From Stegostoma tigrinum (Eukaryota), in assembly GCF_030684315.1 (NCBI RefSeq), contig NC_081374.1, positions 33,516,630-33,580,629 of the forward strand: a stretch of 64,000 bases of DNA. The letters are read 5' to 3'. The notes beneath the pieces were generated by a model. That model saw only the letters and a program-made list of their open reading frames with translations. It did not search any database and had not been told where the DNA came from. Positions 49,564 through 63,344 of the stretch are shown here, one piece after another (positions within the stretch are counted from its first letter, which is position 1; every line of letters starts with the position of its first letter). The position numbers and the translations under genes were made by a program.

Positions 49564-52500
49564 AAGCAAAATATTAGTTCAAAGTATAATTCCCATCTCC
49601 CCCACTCCCCCGCCCTACATAAGTTTTGGTGCAAAGCTCATTTCCATTTTAACCTTATTGTAATATTATGCATTTTTTTCAAACAGCTTGACCCAATGAT
49701 AATTTACCAAGTGGAAGTAAAATACTACGTTCTCAATAAATCTTCAAATCATAGACAGTTCAGATAAATATTCTAATAATAACAGACCAAATTATGGCTC
49801 CAGTTGTTTGCACTAATACTATTCCCAAGGGAATTTAAAAGAAGGATGATTATTGAGGCAAAGATGGCTTTAAAAAAGCAGGTCGAATGCTAAGGAGAAA
49901 AATTGCGACTGTTCATTTCATTCATCTTGCAGGCAAAATCATCTTAGGTGGCTGAATTTATCCCTGAGACAAATGTAATATGCAGAGAAGCATTCATAAA
50001 CATTGAAGATGGAACTATCCTCATAAAACCAAAACTGCAGCATTGGGAATAGACAAAGTTTTGTTATCACTCGAAATTGTGAATATTTTAATTTGGGAGT
50101 CTCAAATGCAGTCAACCATCTGGCAAACTGTTTGTGAACAGCTGCTCCCACCTACTTTTCTTGATGTCTAGCTTTACTTAGGTATGGAAGGCAAGCTTCC
50201 AACCATACAGCAGTCTCTTTGGGGAACCTATATGCATTTAACCAGTGTAGCTATGACGTGACTGCTTCCAGAGCAGCACAGTTGGAGCAGAATATTTCCT
50301 GTGGAAATAAACAGAAGCTTGCATTTTCAATTGTGGTGTTAAGATGGTGAAGAGCCGGTGGTGAAATGTGAGCAAATTAAAATGTGGTTTTTGTACATAA
50401 CATTTGAAGGTTGACATATTTCCATAGGTTCAGGTACAGGCCTCAACACATGTAGATGTAAGCAGAACAAGAATCTTCATGTAAGCATTGTTTAAGGAGG
50501 AAGAAATTACTGAAAGCGTATATCAGGATGGTCAACAATGCCCAAAGCTTTTGACAACACTGAGAAAGTATTTCCATTTTGGTCAAATATGGAGGAAAAT
50601 GTTCTGTTTCCTTGTGAGGGACTTACTGACTAGTTAATTTCAAGCACTCAAAAGTAAGAGAATCCTTTTTTCCTGTAATTAAAGGATGATGAATTGATGA
50701 TTCCTCTGTAGTGATCTTCAGTGCATACTCGCGCTCAAACCCAGAATAATACATTGCAATCTTAGTTCTTACATCTGCGTTCACTGCCACTTCCTTCTAC
50801 TGGTGCATGTAAAGCAGAGTTGTTTGTTTTATTCTCTGGAAGGGTGAATAACAAGAAATATCTGCAAAAAGTAGCTTTGCACTGAGAGGAAGAAGATAGC
50901 CATCCCCATTGTTATAACGTCCTGTTTTTTTCTCTCTCTCTCCAACTCATTCTCTTGCTTGCTCTCTGACTTGGCATTCCACAGTTGCGATATTCCTGAT
51001 TCCCACATAAACCTTTTTCAGATGGCACTGAATTTGTATCTACAGTCACTTTTTGGCTGTAGTAATCCACTCGTCATTTATAAAAAAATTAAAATCCTAG
51101 CTTGGGCCTCTTGGTTGCCAGTCTAGTGACTACCACTACAACACCATCTCCCTGAAAAATGTCAACAGTATGTCAAGGTTCTGATCTGTCATCATGATAC
51201 ATGATTGGCCCAGTTAGACATTGGCTATGATAGGGAAATGGCCAGGGGTCATTCAGAGTAGGACAAGTTATTTAAAGGGGGAGCATGCAGAAAGGGAAAT
51301 GGGCTTTCGGCATGATAAACTGCAGATGTTTCTTTTAGGGAGATCTGTTGGAAACATTGCAGGAGTGCTGAGATGTCCTGGACCCCCCTTTTTCAATGAT
51401 GTCCAAAGCCATGATGATGGGTCCTGCAGCAACATTCAGTCATTAGCTGGATGCTTTTATGCTGCATATGCCATCATAAGTTACAACATGGATTGCACAT
51501 GTGAACTTCTGGATGCCGTTCTCTGTTAGATATTGAGGAAAACAGCTTCCAAACTCTATGAAAATCTGATATCAAGTTGGTGCCACATGCCTCCATGCCG
51601 TTTGATATCCTTCCAGTATAAATCACATTATCTATCTTCAGTAACCTGGCTCAGCAAAGTCATCATCTGAGTTCTCTGTAGCAAAGTGTTGTGTGACCTC
51701 GGATGAGCTGTGTTGTGGCAGGCCTGGTTACAGGAGGCACAATATGGTAACTCATTAGCGTAAATATGGCTGCAGTAACAGAGTTAACTTGCCTGATCCA
51801 GCATTAAAATGAAGCCATAGTTAGAAAAAGGTAGCTTTGAAAAGGTGATATCCCAATATAATAGAATTTATACTGAACAAAGAATCTTACAAATTAATAT
51901 ACAGGGAGGTCTGTTTAAAAACAACAACTGCAGATATCTGTAGGAGACAATTCAATAAGAGATGTGCGAGACCAGACAGCCTGAAGTTTACATAAAGCAT
52001 TAATTAAAAAGAAAAAGTATGATCCCACAAAAGCAGAGACCGTGTTAAAGCTTCTTAATGAAAGAATTTTAATATTAGGTTTAACTACATAGCATTATTG
52101 GAACTGACTGTACCGTTTTTATAACAATCAGTAAAGATTAATATCCATTTGTACGTACAGTGATAAGGATGGTAAACTCTACCTCCGAATTTAAAAGGTC
52201 TTTAAGTGATAGGCAAGTATATTACAGGGAGAAAGAAACTACTCACAACTCATCAGCTAAAGGATGTTAACTGTAGGTCCAACAATAAAATTTTACAAAT
52301 AGCTGGCATTGTATTCGAACTAATATTATGAATCTTATAACAATGAGTAAGAGCTAATATCCTTTTGTATCCCCTGTGATTAGGACAGTGGGAAATGTGA
52401 CTAACAGGATTTGATAGTGATAGCAATGAATGCAATGCATAACAGAATTCAAATAGTCCTTGTAGGTAAGTAAGTCTGGGAAATGTTTGAAGGGGAGCAT

Positions 52501-53018
52501 CATTAATGGGTTACATTGTAAGATCCCAAGGCCTAATATAATGTCCAGTAAACCATGGGGAACCCAGGCCTGTCCTCGGGTGTTCATCATTGATCAGGTG
52601 TTTCACAGGTTTAGATGTACAGATTAAGGGGTAATGAACAATAACAATGTTGCATGTAATTTGTCATAAATTCCTCCAGTCCTGGCTGTAGTGTACGATG
52701 TTTTGTGTTTCGCCATATAGAGCATATCTCTAAACTGTCCTCTAAATTACACAGTGTCAGTATTTGACCTAATATTTGCAACTGTGAGGTCAAGTGACAG
52801 ACAATGATATTGAAGATGCACTATCTGTCTGCCTGTTTTCCATCACTATGATATGGTTTCATTTCTAGAGTAACTTTAAGGTAAAAGAGACAGAGATAAA
52901 ATTGTGATGAGGGGGAAAGAAGAAAGTAAGAAATGAATGAATATATCATTTGCAGTTTCTCAGCCAGCTGAGATCAGAGAGAGATGTGAGATAATTAGGA
53001 ATGCAAACACCCTCATCT

Positions 53019-53230
53019 CCTCTCCACCTATCTTCTTTTCTCTCCATCTTCGGTCTGCCTCCCCCTCTCTCCCTATTTATTCCAGAACCCTCACCCCATC
53101 CCCTCTCTAATGAAGGGTCTAGGCCCGAAACATCAGCTTTTGTGCTCCTGAGATGCTGCTTGGCCTGCTGTGTTCATCCAACTTCACACTTTATTATCTT
53201 GGATTCTCCAGCATCTGCAGTTCCCATTGT
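53019..53230 (+). mobile_element. Simple (non-inverted) PLE 3'-end insertion with mutated HHR motif
   Basis: Matches about 6407-6620 of the young element; ctaatgaagggtctaggcccgaaacatc. Perfect 11-bp TSD caccctcatct (53008-53018, 53231-53241). Confidence 0.9.
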
Positions 53231-53504
53231 CACCCTCATCTTATGCTGTTTTCACCTTGTCAATGGCTCTAGCTTCAGGATTGAGCTTTTCAGTAATTGT
53301 CAATGTCGTCTCATCAATTGAGATGAAATCATGCATCACCATCTTTCCCCATCTGGATAGCTTCTATTGCCTCCGATTGTACATCATGAAATCTGTTTGA
53401 GTGATCTAACTGTAATGGTTGAATAGCTGATATGGATTGCAGTTAAGCTGAGTGATGGGAGTTGGGTGAATTGAGCAGTGGCTGAGGTTAATGGTGCACG
53501 AGAT

Positions 53505-55310
53505 ACATAGAGCATAGAACAAAGAACAGTACAACACAGTACCGGCCCTTCGGCCCACTATGTTGTGCCGAACTTTTACCCGAAACCTAAGCTCTATCTA
53601 ACCTCCACCACTACCTTATACTATCATCCATATGCTTATCTAATAGCCACTTAAATGCCCCAATGAGGCTGGCTCCACTACCATCTCCGGCAATGCATTC
53701 CGCACCCCTATCGCTCTCTGACTAAAGGACCTACCTCTGACATCTCCCCGATATCTACTTCTTTTCACTTTAAAACTGTGTCCCCTTGTAAAAGCTAGCA
53801 TTACCCTTGGAAAATGTGTCTGGCTGTCTACTCTATATATACCTCTGATCATTTTGTATACCTCTATCAAGTCACCTCTCATCCTTCGCCGTTCCAAAGA
53901 GAAAAGCCCTTGCTCTCTCAACCTTTCCTTGTAAGACCTTCCCTCCATTCCAGGCAACATCCTGGTAAATCTTCTCTATAGCTTTTCCAACACTTCCACA
54001 TCTTTCCTGTAATGAGGTGACCAGAACTGGACGCAATACTCCAGATGTGGCCGAACGAAGCTTTTATATAGCTGGAGCATAACTTCACGGCTCTTGAACT
54101 CAATCCCTCTATTAATGAAAGCTAACACACCATACACCTTCTGAACAACTCTATCCACCTGGGTGGCAGCTTTCAGGGAACTGTGAGCATGAACCTCAAG
54201 ATCCCTCTGCTCTTCCACGCTGCCAAGAATCTTTCCATTAACCCTGTATTCTGCTTTCAAGTTTGTCCTTCCAAAATGAATCATCTCACACTTTTCAGGG
54301 TTAAACTCCATCTGCCAATTCTCAGCCCAGCTCTGCATTCTAACAATGTCACTTTGTAACCTCGAACAGGCCTCCGCACTCTCCACAACGTGACCCACCT
54401 TTGTATCATCTGCGAACTTGCTAATCCACCCTTCCACTCCCTCATCCAAATCATTTACAAAAATCACAAATAGAAGAGGGCCCAGAACAGATCCTTGTGG
54501 TACACCACTTGTAACTGAGCACCATGTTGAATATTTTCTGTCCACTACCACCCTTTGTCTTCTAAGGGTCAGCCAATTTTGAATCCAATCTGCCACATTT
54601 CCCCTTATCTCCCCCTATCCCATGCCTCCTTGCCTTCTGCATGAGCCTACCATGGGAAACCTTATCAAATACCTTACTTAAATCCATGTACACCACATCC
54701 TCTGCTCCACCTTCATCTACATGTTTGGTCATCTCTTCAAACAATTCAATAAGGTTTGTGAGGCATGGTCTACCCCTCACAAATCCATGCTGACTATCAC
54801 AAATCAAACTGTGCCTTTCCAAGTGATCATAATTCCTGTATTTCAGAGCCCTTTCCAATAATTTACCCACCACTGACGTAAGACTAACTGATACCGTAAT
54901 TTCTGGGGTTATCCCTATTCCCTTTTTTTGAACAAAGGAATGATGTTTGCCTCTTTCGAATCTTTTGGCACTATACCCATGGACAGTGAGGATGAAAAGA
55001 TCATCGCCAAAGGCCCCCAAATCTCTTTTCTCACTTTCCATAGAATCCTTGGATAAATCCCATCAGGCCTGAGGGACTTATCTATCTTCGACTTCCTCAG
55101 AATTCCTAGCACATCTTCTTTACTAACATCAATCCCCTCTAGCCTACCTGCCTGTTTCACTTTGTCGTCCTATACAACTAGGCCCTTCTCAGTTGTGAAT
55201 ATTGAAGAAAAGTATTCATTAAGAACCTCTCCTACCTCTTTAGGCTCTGTGCACAAGTTCCCTTTACAATCCTTTATTGGCCCTATTCTTTCTCTGGCCA
55301 TTCTCTTGTT
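53505..55310 (-). mobile_element. Relatively young 5'-truncated CR1-type LINE
   Basis: ORFs 54915-55160, 54562-55041, 53976-54596 (GVPQGSVLGPLLF, FADDTK) and 53640-53960; tail catagagcatagaacaaagaac. Confidence 0.95.
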
Positions 55311-56709
55311 CTGGTTTTCCTCTTGTTCATTTGTTGGCTATACATTCACTGATCAGAACACCAAGGAATGAGCATTATTTTCTTCCTTTTACTGTTACCA
55401 GGTTCCTGGGCCTATACACCTGGCATTGATTTCCATAGCTATCTGATCCAATTGCCTTGTTGTAACCCACCCCAACCTTCATCTCACCCTCTTTGGTATA
55501 CAAGACATCTCCACCCTTTCCACCAAAACTTCCAGTACAATAGCCACAAACATGAGTGCATTCTTTCCCTTATGGCCAGCTACACTCTCCTCTTTCCCAC
55601 GCCATGTTCACTTCGAGAATGAGTCCCAAGCATCTTTCCTATCTGGGCTAATTTTCACAGTCTCTATCCTGTAATGCAGTAATGGTATTAGGTCCACCAA
55701 AATTTGTAAGGTGAGCAATTTTAGGGGCTTTTCATACAGAAGTCATTATAAACAGGAAGCTGCAACGTTTAGTTTAATAGGCACAGGTCAATCTTTCATT
55801 ACAGTGCCTGCATCCATTTGCTCAGGATAACCAATTAATGGCCCTAATGTTCAAACATAAATTTTTAGGCTTGTGATGTGCCCTTATATCTTGTGCGAGA
55901 TCTGCAGAATTAACGATGATAGGGTGCAAAGTGGCACTAATTAAGGAGGACCTCTGTTTTACTCTACAAGTACCAATTACATACATTTCCAATGCAATGA
56001 GGTGGAGCCTAATTTCAAGCCAAAGTTGACTGTCGGTGCTGCAGCGCGCCAGAAGTTGTAGGTACCCTTGCGATAGTTGAGATGGAGTTGGGCTCTGTAT
56101 CTCTCTTCTGACCTCAAAAGAGGTTCTCCAAAGTTATTTCCAGTTGAGACAAAGATGCTTGCAGATTCGATTGGTGGTATTTCAGATGGTGAGGTCAGAG
56201 AGTGTGCTGATATTTGAAACTCTGGCATGCCTTCTTCAATGCAGAAGCAATTCCTTCAGATTTGAAAATTGTATGTGTCACTCTGATACTTTAGGGTGGG
56301 ATGGGGAAACTGAGAAATTGAAAACTAGTGAACCCAACCTAGTGGGAAATTATTATAATCTATAGTTACAGACAGTGACTGACAAGTTCTAGGCTATCAG
56401 AGAGTGTAAGCAGAGGTTTGTGTAGGCCATGTCTAATGAATCTGAATGAATATTTTGAAAGAGGAGATTAAAGTAGTAGTGAGGAATTGTCTATGGATGT
56501 TATTTGTACTGACTTCAGAAGGCGCCTGATAAAGTCCTCCACAAAAAGCTGATAGCTAAAGTTGAAGTTCATGAATTTGAAACAAAAAACTAAACATGCT
56601 AAGAAATTAGCCGAGTGGTAGCAGACAGATAGGAGGAATAAACAGCAAATAGTTTAATGGCAGGTGTTTATGGGTTCAATTAGGAATTTCAATTGAAGCC
56701 ATAGCTTAT

Positions 56710-57750
56710 TGTCATGGCCATGGCCCAGAACTCCAAAATGCTATATCATGGACATTTCCAATTTTTTATATAAAAGGAGGCTTGATGCAGGTAGAGATGG
56801 CTGTAGATGTAAGTTAAGTAACTGTCTGGAGAGGGAGAGACCCGTGGAATATCCCACAAAGGAGGCAACACAAATTCAAATTGCAGCACTTCAAAGGGAA
56901 AAGGGACAGGCCAAAGAAAACAGGACAGTGATCTCTTATGGTTACAATGATAATGAGAGCTGATGATCCACTGCCAAAAGGAAGGCACCCCACACAGATA
57001 TTGTCCCAATTGCAATCACGTTTTGTTTTTCCTTTGAAAAATACACAAGGATAGGGATTAAAATGTTAGTTTCAATTCAACTGGAGTGTGGTAGTGGGTC
57101 TGAATTTTGCTATGTGTCCCAGTAGGCTAACGTACAAATTTACACTGACCTAGGTTTGAGCATTAGGATGGTACAAAAGGCCACAATTAAAGAACTATGC
57201 CATAGTCACCCCATGTAGCAAGTAAAAAGACTTTCTCACTCTGTGTATTGGCAGGCAGCTAACCACCGTGCCAGACAAAAAAAAGGGACAACAAAAAGGA
57301 CTGACTCACACTGAATGTTCGAATTCAATCCCCAGTCAAAAGAAGTCAGAGGACTTTAACTTCAACAAATCTAAAAGATGAATTATCTTCAAGTCAACTG
57401 TTAAACTACCATAATCAATGCTGCTGATAATCTCCAATGCAATGGCTGCGACATTCAACTCTATACTTTTCATGAACAATTCAGAAACTGATCTGTGTAT
57501 CTGATCTTTTTTAAATGTTTTAATATTTTTGGACTCTTTTTATAACCTGTGTGTGCCTGTTGCCTTATTAATTCTTCTTGCATCCAGTCGTTCAAATGCT
57601 TACTTCATACTTCAAGAAAGCCTGGTTACGTTAGTTCTTTTCAAACATTTTTAGTCTGGGAAGCGGGGAGATCCTTTCAAAATTAACCTTGTTGTGACCA
57701 GCTGAGGATGTGGATGAATAAAGGAACGGAGACAGTTTATCCCTCCTCAC
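56710..57750 (+). mobile_element. Possible degraded LTR inserted into an old CR1 (pieces at about 56370-56680 and 57810-58510)
   Basis: Starts tgtcatgg and ends near tcaca. CR1 RT motifs (gacttcagaaggcgcctgataaagtcc; aagtttgccaatgaca) lie on either side. Confidence 0.4.
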
Positions 57751-59199
57751 ATTTAATGCTTTTAGGATATCTTTTTCAGAGTCATAAAGTGTGAAATGTT
57801 GCCTATGGTTAGGATGTAGCATTTATTGTGATATTTATTAATAATTTAGATGATGGGATAGAAAACATATACAAGTTTGCCAATGACATACAGATATGTG
57901 GGATTGTAACCAGTTTAGATGACCATATAAAATTATCAAGAGATATTAATTAGGTGAATGGGTAGAACAATGGCAATTTGTACTGCAGCAATACAAATTC
58001 CTTAGACTACTTTTGCTGTTAAACAAAGTTAAGAAAGAATATGCTGGCTTTTTGAGATATAGTATAATGATCCTGAACTTCAAGGGTTAAATTACAAGAA
58101 GTTATCATATTAACTAGGCAGTATTCCCTGGAACCTATACAGTTATAAGCAATTTGCTCAACAGTTCCAACTATTAAGGGAAACTGATAAGATAGATAAT
58201 GAGAAGCTAATTCTACCGACTGACGAATCTAGAACAGCAACACATTATCTAAAAGTTACAGTCAGGCTTCTCAGGAGTTATTTATCATCGCACTTCTACA
58301 TGCAATGGTAGTAAAACTTTAGAACACTGTTCCATGAATGGTGATTGATGCAAGATTAATTTTAAATCCGAGGATAATTTATTTTTAACTAATCCTATTT
58401 CAGCATATAGGCAAAGGTGTAAGTATGGAATTAGGTCACACATCACTATTAAATTGAATCAGGGAACAGATTTGAAGGTTATGAATGGCTTATTCCTTGT
58501 TTTTGCCTTCCTGTGACTATTGGGTGGTGATAATATGACTCTGACAACCCTTCTCCAGGTCAATAAGGGATTGGCAATAAATACTTGCTATACGAGTGAC
58601 ACTCACATCCCAAGAGTGAATTTCTGAAAATCCATTAATTATCTTACTGTAATCAGATGTGTTGCTCCGTAGCCTCTAGGACAGGAAATTCCACGCTCAC
58701 TAATTGTCTACCGTATGAAGAATCTCCATTCACAGATTTAAAGTCGACACTTTTAACACTAAAGATAATTATCGTGCAAGTTAATTTATTATGTATCCCA
58801 TAAATGATCTAACTATTTTAAGGGCCTCATATTCCCACTGGGTAACATATTGTTTCTAGAAATTTATTGCAGCAATTGGCACAAAATGAATTCTAACAAT
58901 CTAATGCCAGCAGGGAGAAATGTAACAGTCCATATGTTGCTACAGAGTGCTGTATATCATAACTTACACCTAACATCCTGCATAGCTAGGCCACCTAGTG
59001 CAACATTTTGCAGCATGTAACAAAGTGATCAAAGAGACACCAGCCAAAATAGTGTAAGGCTGTGGTTGTAATTCAGCATGGCAATGTAATACTTTGTGAA
59101 GATCCTGCTGATCTAGATATATCTTACCATATCTGTTATCTGTTTCCATCCAGTTTGGTGCAGGGGATGTCATCACCCATGCTTGAAGATCCTGGCATT

Positions 59200-60860
59200 C
59201 AGTTCGAAAGTCCATTCCATGCAGCTTGCCTTTAACAATGTCCATCAAAGAGAGACAATGGCATTGTTATGGTTTGGTCTCACTGGTCACCTACCCGAGA
59301 AGCTCTTCAAATACTGCAGACAGTTAGTTGAACGTGATTTTTCCTCTAGGCTTCTCCAAATCAACCTGCTTTTTCCATGTAACTATTAATTTTAACCTGA
59401 AAAATTGTTTCTAGAAGCTTCCCTACCACTGAATTTAAAATAACCGACTGATCTGTAATTGGTTGGGCTTATACTTACCAGTTTTTTGATCAAGGGCATA
59501 ATGCCTGCAATTTTCCAGACCTCTGCTATCTTCCCTGAGTCTAGTGAAGATTATGGTCAGGGCCCCTGCAATTTCTACCCTCTCTTCCTTCAGTATCCTT
59601 AGATGCATCTCATCATATTCCAATACCTTGTCAACTTTAAATAATGATAAGCCTATACTGTTTCCTCCTTGTCAGTTTTGAACTTTCCAATGATAAAATC
59701 TCCTCCTCTGTCATTATAACTTAAGTAATATCTATGTGCTTGGCAAAGGCAGGTGTAAGTTATTCATTTAACTTATCAGCCAAGCTTGTTTGCCTCCATT
59801 TGTTAATGCCCCTGTTGGTCCTTAATCAGACCTACTGCTGCTTTTTATCACACTTTACTATTAATGTGGCTGTAGAATATTTCGGGATTCCTCTTTCTTT
59901 TGGTCTCCAATCTTTCTTTCATAATCTCTTTCTCTCTCTGCTTCTCTAATATTCACCTCCCAACTAAACCTTCTGTATTCCATTTAATTCTAAATAGTAT
60001 TTTCTATATTTTTGCTTGCCATTAGGGCACTTTTGCTTCTTTATTTAAATTTCTGTCTCCTTTTTCATTGAAGGAGTTCTGGATTTTTTTGCTCTCACTT
60101 TCCCTTTCTAAGGAATATATCTTGACTGTGTCTGAACCATCTCCTCTTTGAAGGTGGCCCATTGTTTAGCTATAGTTTATTCTCACACCAGACCTTTTTA
60201 TGTTGCAGTCTATCTGAGCCAGGACCATGTTAACACCATAATATTATTTTTCCACCTATGAACCACTCTTGTACTCTGCATCCACAAACCTCACAGTAAT
60301 TGTGACTTAGATGTAGGCTTTTTTATATTCTGTTTTACTCTGACTTTTTACCTATTGAATTCCCATTCTCCATACTAACGTTTGTTGTCCCTCTTGTGTA
60401 TTTTGTGCACACTTGTATTCCTCTCTGACATTCTCCATTTGTTACCACACTCTGCTAAGTTAGTTTAACGTCCTCACATTCATAAAACCATTTGCAAACA
60501 GCTCAGAGATCCAGCACTGGTCAGATCCAACTGGCTTGCTCAAGTAACATCTTCCCAAGAGCCAGTCCCAGGGATGTAGACATTCTCTCTTACACCATCC
60601 TTCTAGCCATTCAATCATCTGCTTTCTCCTTCAATTTCTGTATTCACTTGCACTTGGCATAGGGAGTAATCTAGACGTTACTGCATTTGAGGTCCTACTT
60701 GCTAAATTTCTACTTAGCCGCTTTGATCGCAGGACCACTTCCTGTTTACTATCCATGTCATTGGGACCAATACAGACCATAAGCTGTGGCTACTTACCTC
60801 CTGAGAAGAATGTCCTGCAGCTGCTCTGTGACTTCCTTGAACATAGCACCATGAATTTAG
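59200..60860 (-). mobile_element. Old CR1 relic covering ORF1 and the 5' part of ORF2
   Basis: ORF 59435..59623 MHLRILKE.RVEIAGALTIIF; ORF1-like gagtaatc..gaggtcct..ccatgtcattggg near 60660-60780. Confidence 0.7.
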
Positions 60861-63129
60861 AATTATAAACCATTGACAGACTTCTCTAAAAATTCATAAT
60901 CTGAAAAATAAACGACCTCAAATCAGACCAGAGATAGTAGGAACTGCAAATTACTGTAATTACCTCCAAATAATACATTTTTTGAGCTACATATAGGTAG
61001 TGGTGTCAAATACCACGAGGCACTAACAGCAGCAATCAGGGTGATATGAGAGTAGGAGCCCTTCTATTAATGAAAAAGTCTGGTTTGCCTTTTAGAGTTG
61101 TTGTAAAATTTTTGAAGTATTCCTGGCAGTATTTAGGATCAAATTTAAGAGTCATGAATTCTCAGTATAGTTACTCCTAGTTACACATCTTATGTCAACT
61201 TAATATGCAGGAACACGAACCAGAGTTTCAATGTTTTGATCCTAATAAGGCAAAGTTAAGCAATACATTGTCTGTGTGAAACTAACAAAGACATGGATCA
61301 CAGCAAAGATTATGGAGTAAATTTCCCAAATGGGTTAAGCGATTTCATCTTCAAGTTAACATGGATGAGGGAAGGATGGTGATATCTGATTTACAATTAA
61401 GCCAGTTAAATTCATAATAAACTCATTGCCTGTTACAACCATAATATTTCCTATTTAAACTAAAGTAAATTTAATTTACAATCTAGATTATCCATTTATT
61501 ACTAATCTGCTGATTGCAGCTTCTATGCTTGGATTTTTTTCAGATCATCAATCTTCAGTGAAATCGCTCATCAAAGGTTGATAAATCTAACTGCATCAGT
61601 AGCTAGAATAGTCAGTAAAACAGCAAGAGGCCTGAGCACTTTAATTGTAAACTTCTAACTGACTAATTGTGCTGATAAAGATTCTTTCTGGGATAATATT
61701 AAAACATACAAACAAGGTTTGTAGTTTTGATTCAGATATTGAGTCAATTGACTTCAGCCAATAGTGTATTTAAGAAACTGCAATGGCTTCAATATTCCTG
61801 GGTTAAAGGCAGGTTCATTCAGGATTTCTATTCTGTCTATCGTGGACCTTACTGAAGAATATTTTTGTCCGAAGTGATTTGAGGGAAGGGTTGGATTGTC
61901 CACACAGTCACTGTCTACTCTCAGACAATAAAAATTGGTCACTAGGATGAGAGAACATATTAGGTATTCATAATTTCAAGAAAAGTGGAGAGAAAATCTG
62001 ACCATTTAAACAATTAATTTAAAAAACATAGAACCCAATTACATTTCTTTTGAATCATCCGGCAGAACCTGATTAACATAGGCTGTGGTGAGATATTTGC
62101 CAGAATCAGGTGACAAGTGCGGTGAGGTTCATCTTGGTGTTGAGGTCATCTCACTCATCTTTTATGCTTTTCACAAAGCGGAAACCAAACTCTCAGAACG
62201 GGCTAAGCTGCCTCCCAAACATATTTGCTTGTTATCTTAGCAATCGTTCATTTAATGCCTACCTGCTTGCTCATAGCATCCCTGCTTTGCCTTGCTGCAT
62301 CATGCCAATTAGTGCAGTTAGACAATCAAGCAGCTTGCAATACTGCTCAGCAGTGTTATGATTGGGGGCACACACTTTGCTGTATGAAAGTGTACTATAT
62401 CAATCTCCTATCTTACCTTGGATTGACAGTAGATAATGCTAAAAACACATTGCATGTGCAACAAGCAGGCAGCCTTGTCTCAAAACTTTAGGGAAATTGC
62501 ACTCGATGTCCATGAAGTCACACATCAGTGACTTTGGACTGCAGCCATTTAAGAAGGCAGCTCACCTCCACCTTCTCAAGGGCAACTAGTGACAGGCAAT
62601 AAAAGTGAACTTAATTTAAAAAAAATGTCAGGTGTTGCTCGTGAAATGTAGCCTCCCATACCAGTCAGGGACCGGCCACAGTCAAGCATCTGGTCAGGGG
62701 AGTCTCAGTCAGGGGGTCAGTGCCTCGACAGTAAAGTGAATTGATCACGGTCAGTGCATTGGCTGTGAAGGTACACATCCAAGGGTCCTGGCTAATGTTC
62801 TTGGGAGGGCACACAGCCCAGGGCTGGCACGTCTTGCCTAGGCCTGTCTGGCATGTTTGTTGAGAGAGGTTTGGCCCAGTCAGTCCAATTGAAATGGTAG
62901 CCACAGCACAGAATCTTGGCAAATAAGTCTTTGGGACTTCGGGCTGCAGGCTCTGGACGAGGGTGTGTGTCAGTAATGAAGGTGGCAGCAAGATTTTGAA
63001 TGGGATAACATTGTAAAGCAATGGCAAGGAAGAGTGTAATGAGGGAGGGGAGGGATTTCATCAATAGTCAAGAACACTCTGTCCTCAAGGTGGGGAAGGT
63101 GCACCAGGCATGGTCGCCTCACATTGGCT

Positions 63130-63344
63130 GGCTCTGGGTGGGAAAGGGAGCCAGCTGTAGGGGAGTGTAACTGGCTCTGGGTAGGAAAGGGAGCCAGCTG
63201 TAGGGGAATGTAACTGGCTCTGGGTGGGTAAGGGAGGCAGCTGTAGAGGAATGTAACTGGCTCTGGGTGGGAAAGGGAGGCAGCTGTAGGGGAATGTGGC
63301 TGGCTCTGGGTGGGAAAGGGAGGCAGCTGTAGGGAAATGTAGCT
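63130..63344 (+). repeat. G-rich minisatellite, five 43-bp units
   Basis: Unit ggctctgggtgggaaagggag(c/g)cagctgtaggggaatgtaact starts at 63130, 63173, 63216, 63259 and 63302. Confidence 0.95.

Noticed and set aside
51200-51800. Harbinger transposase fragment (also considered at 62080-63900)
   Set aside because: Only vague resemblance; no catalytic motif could be read.
63130-63344. CRISPR array or repeat-protein gene
   Set aside because: The units are contiguous with no unique spacers, the context is vertebrate, and the ORFs are products of the repeat.
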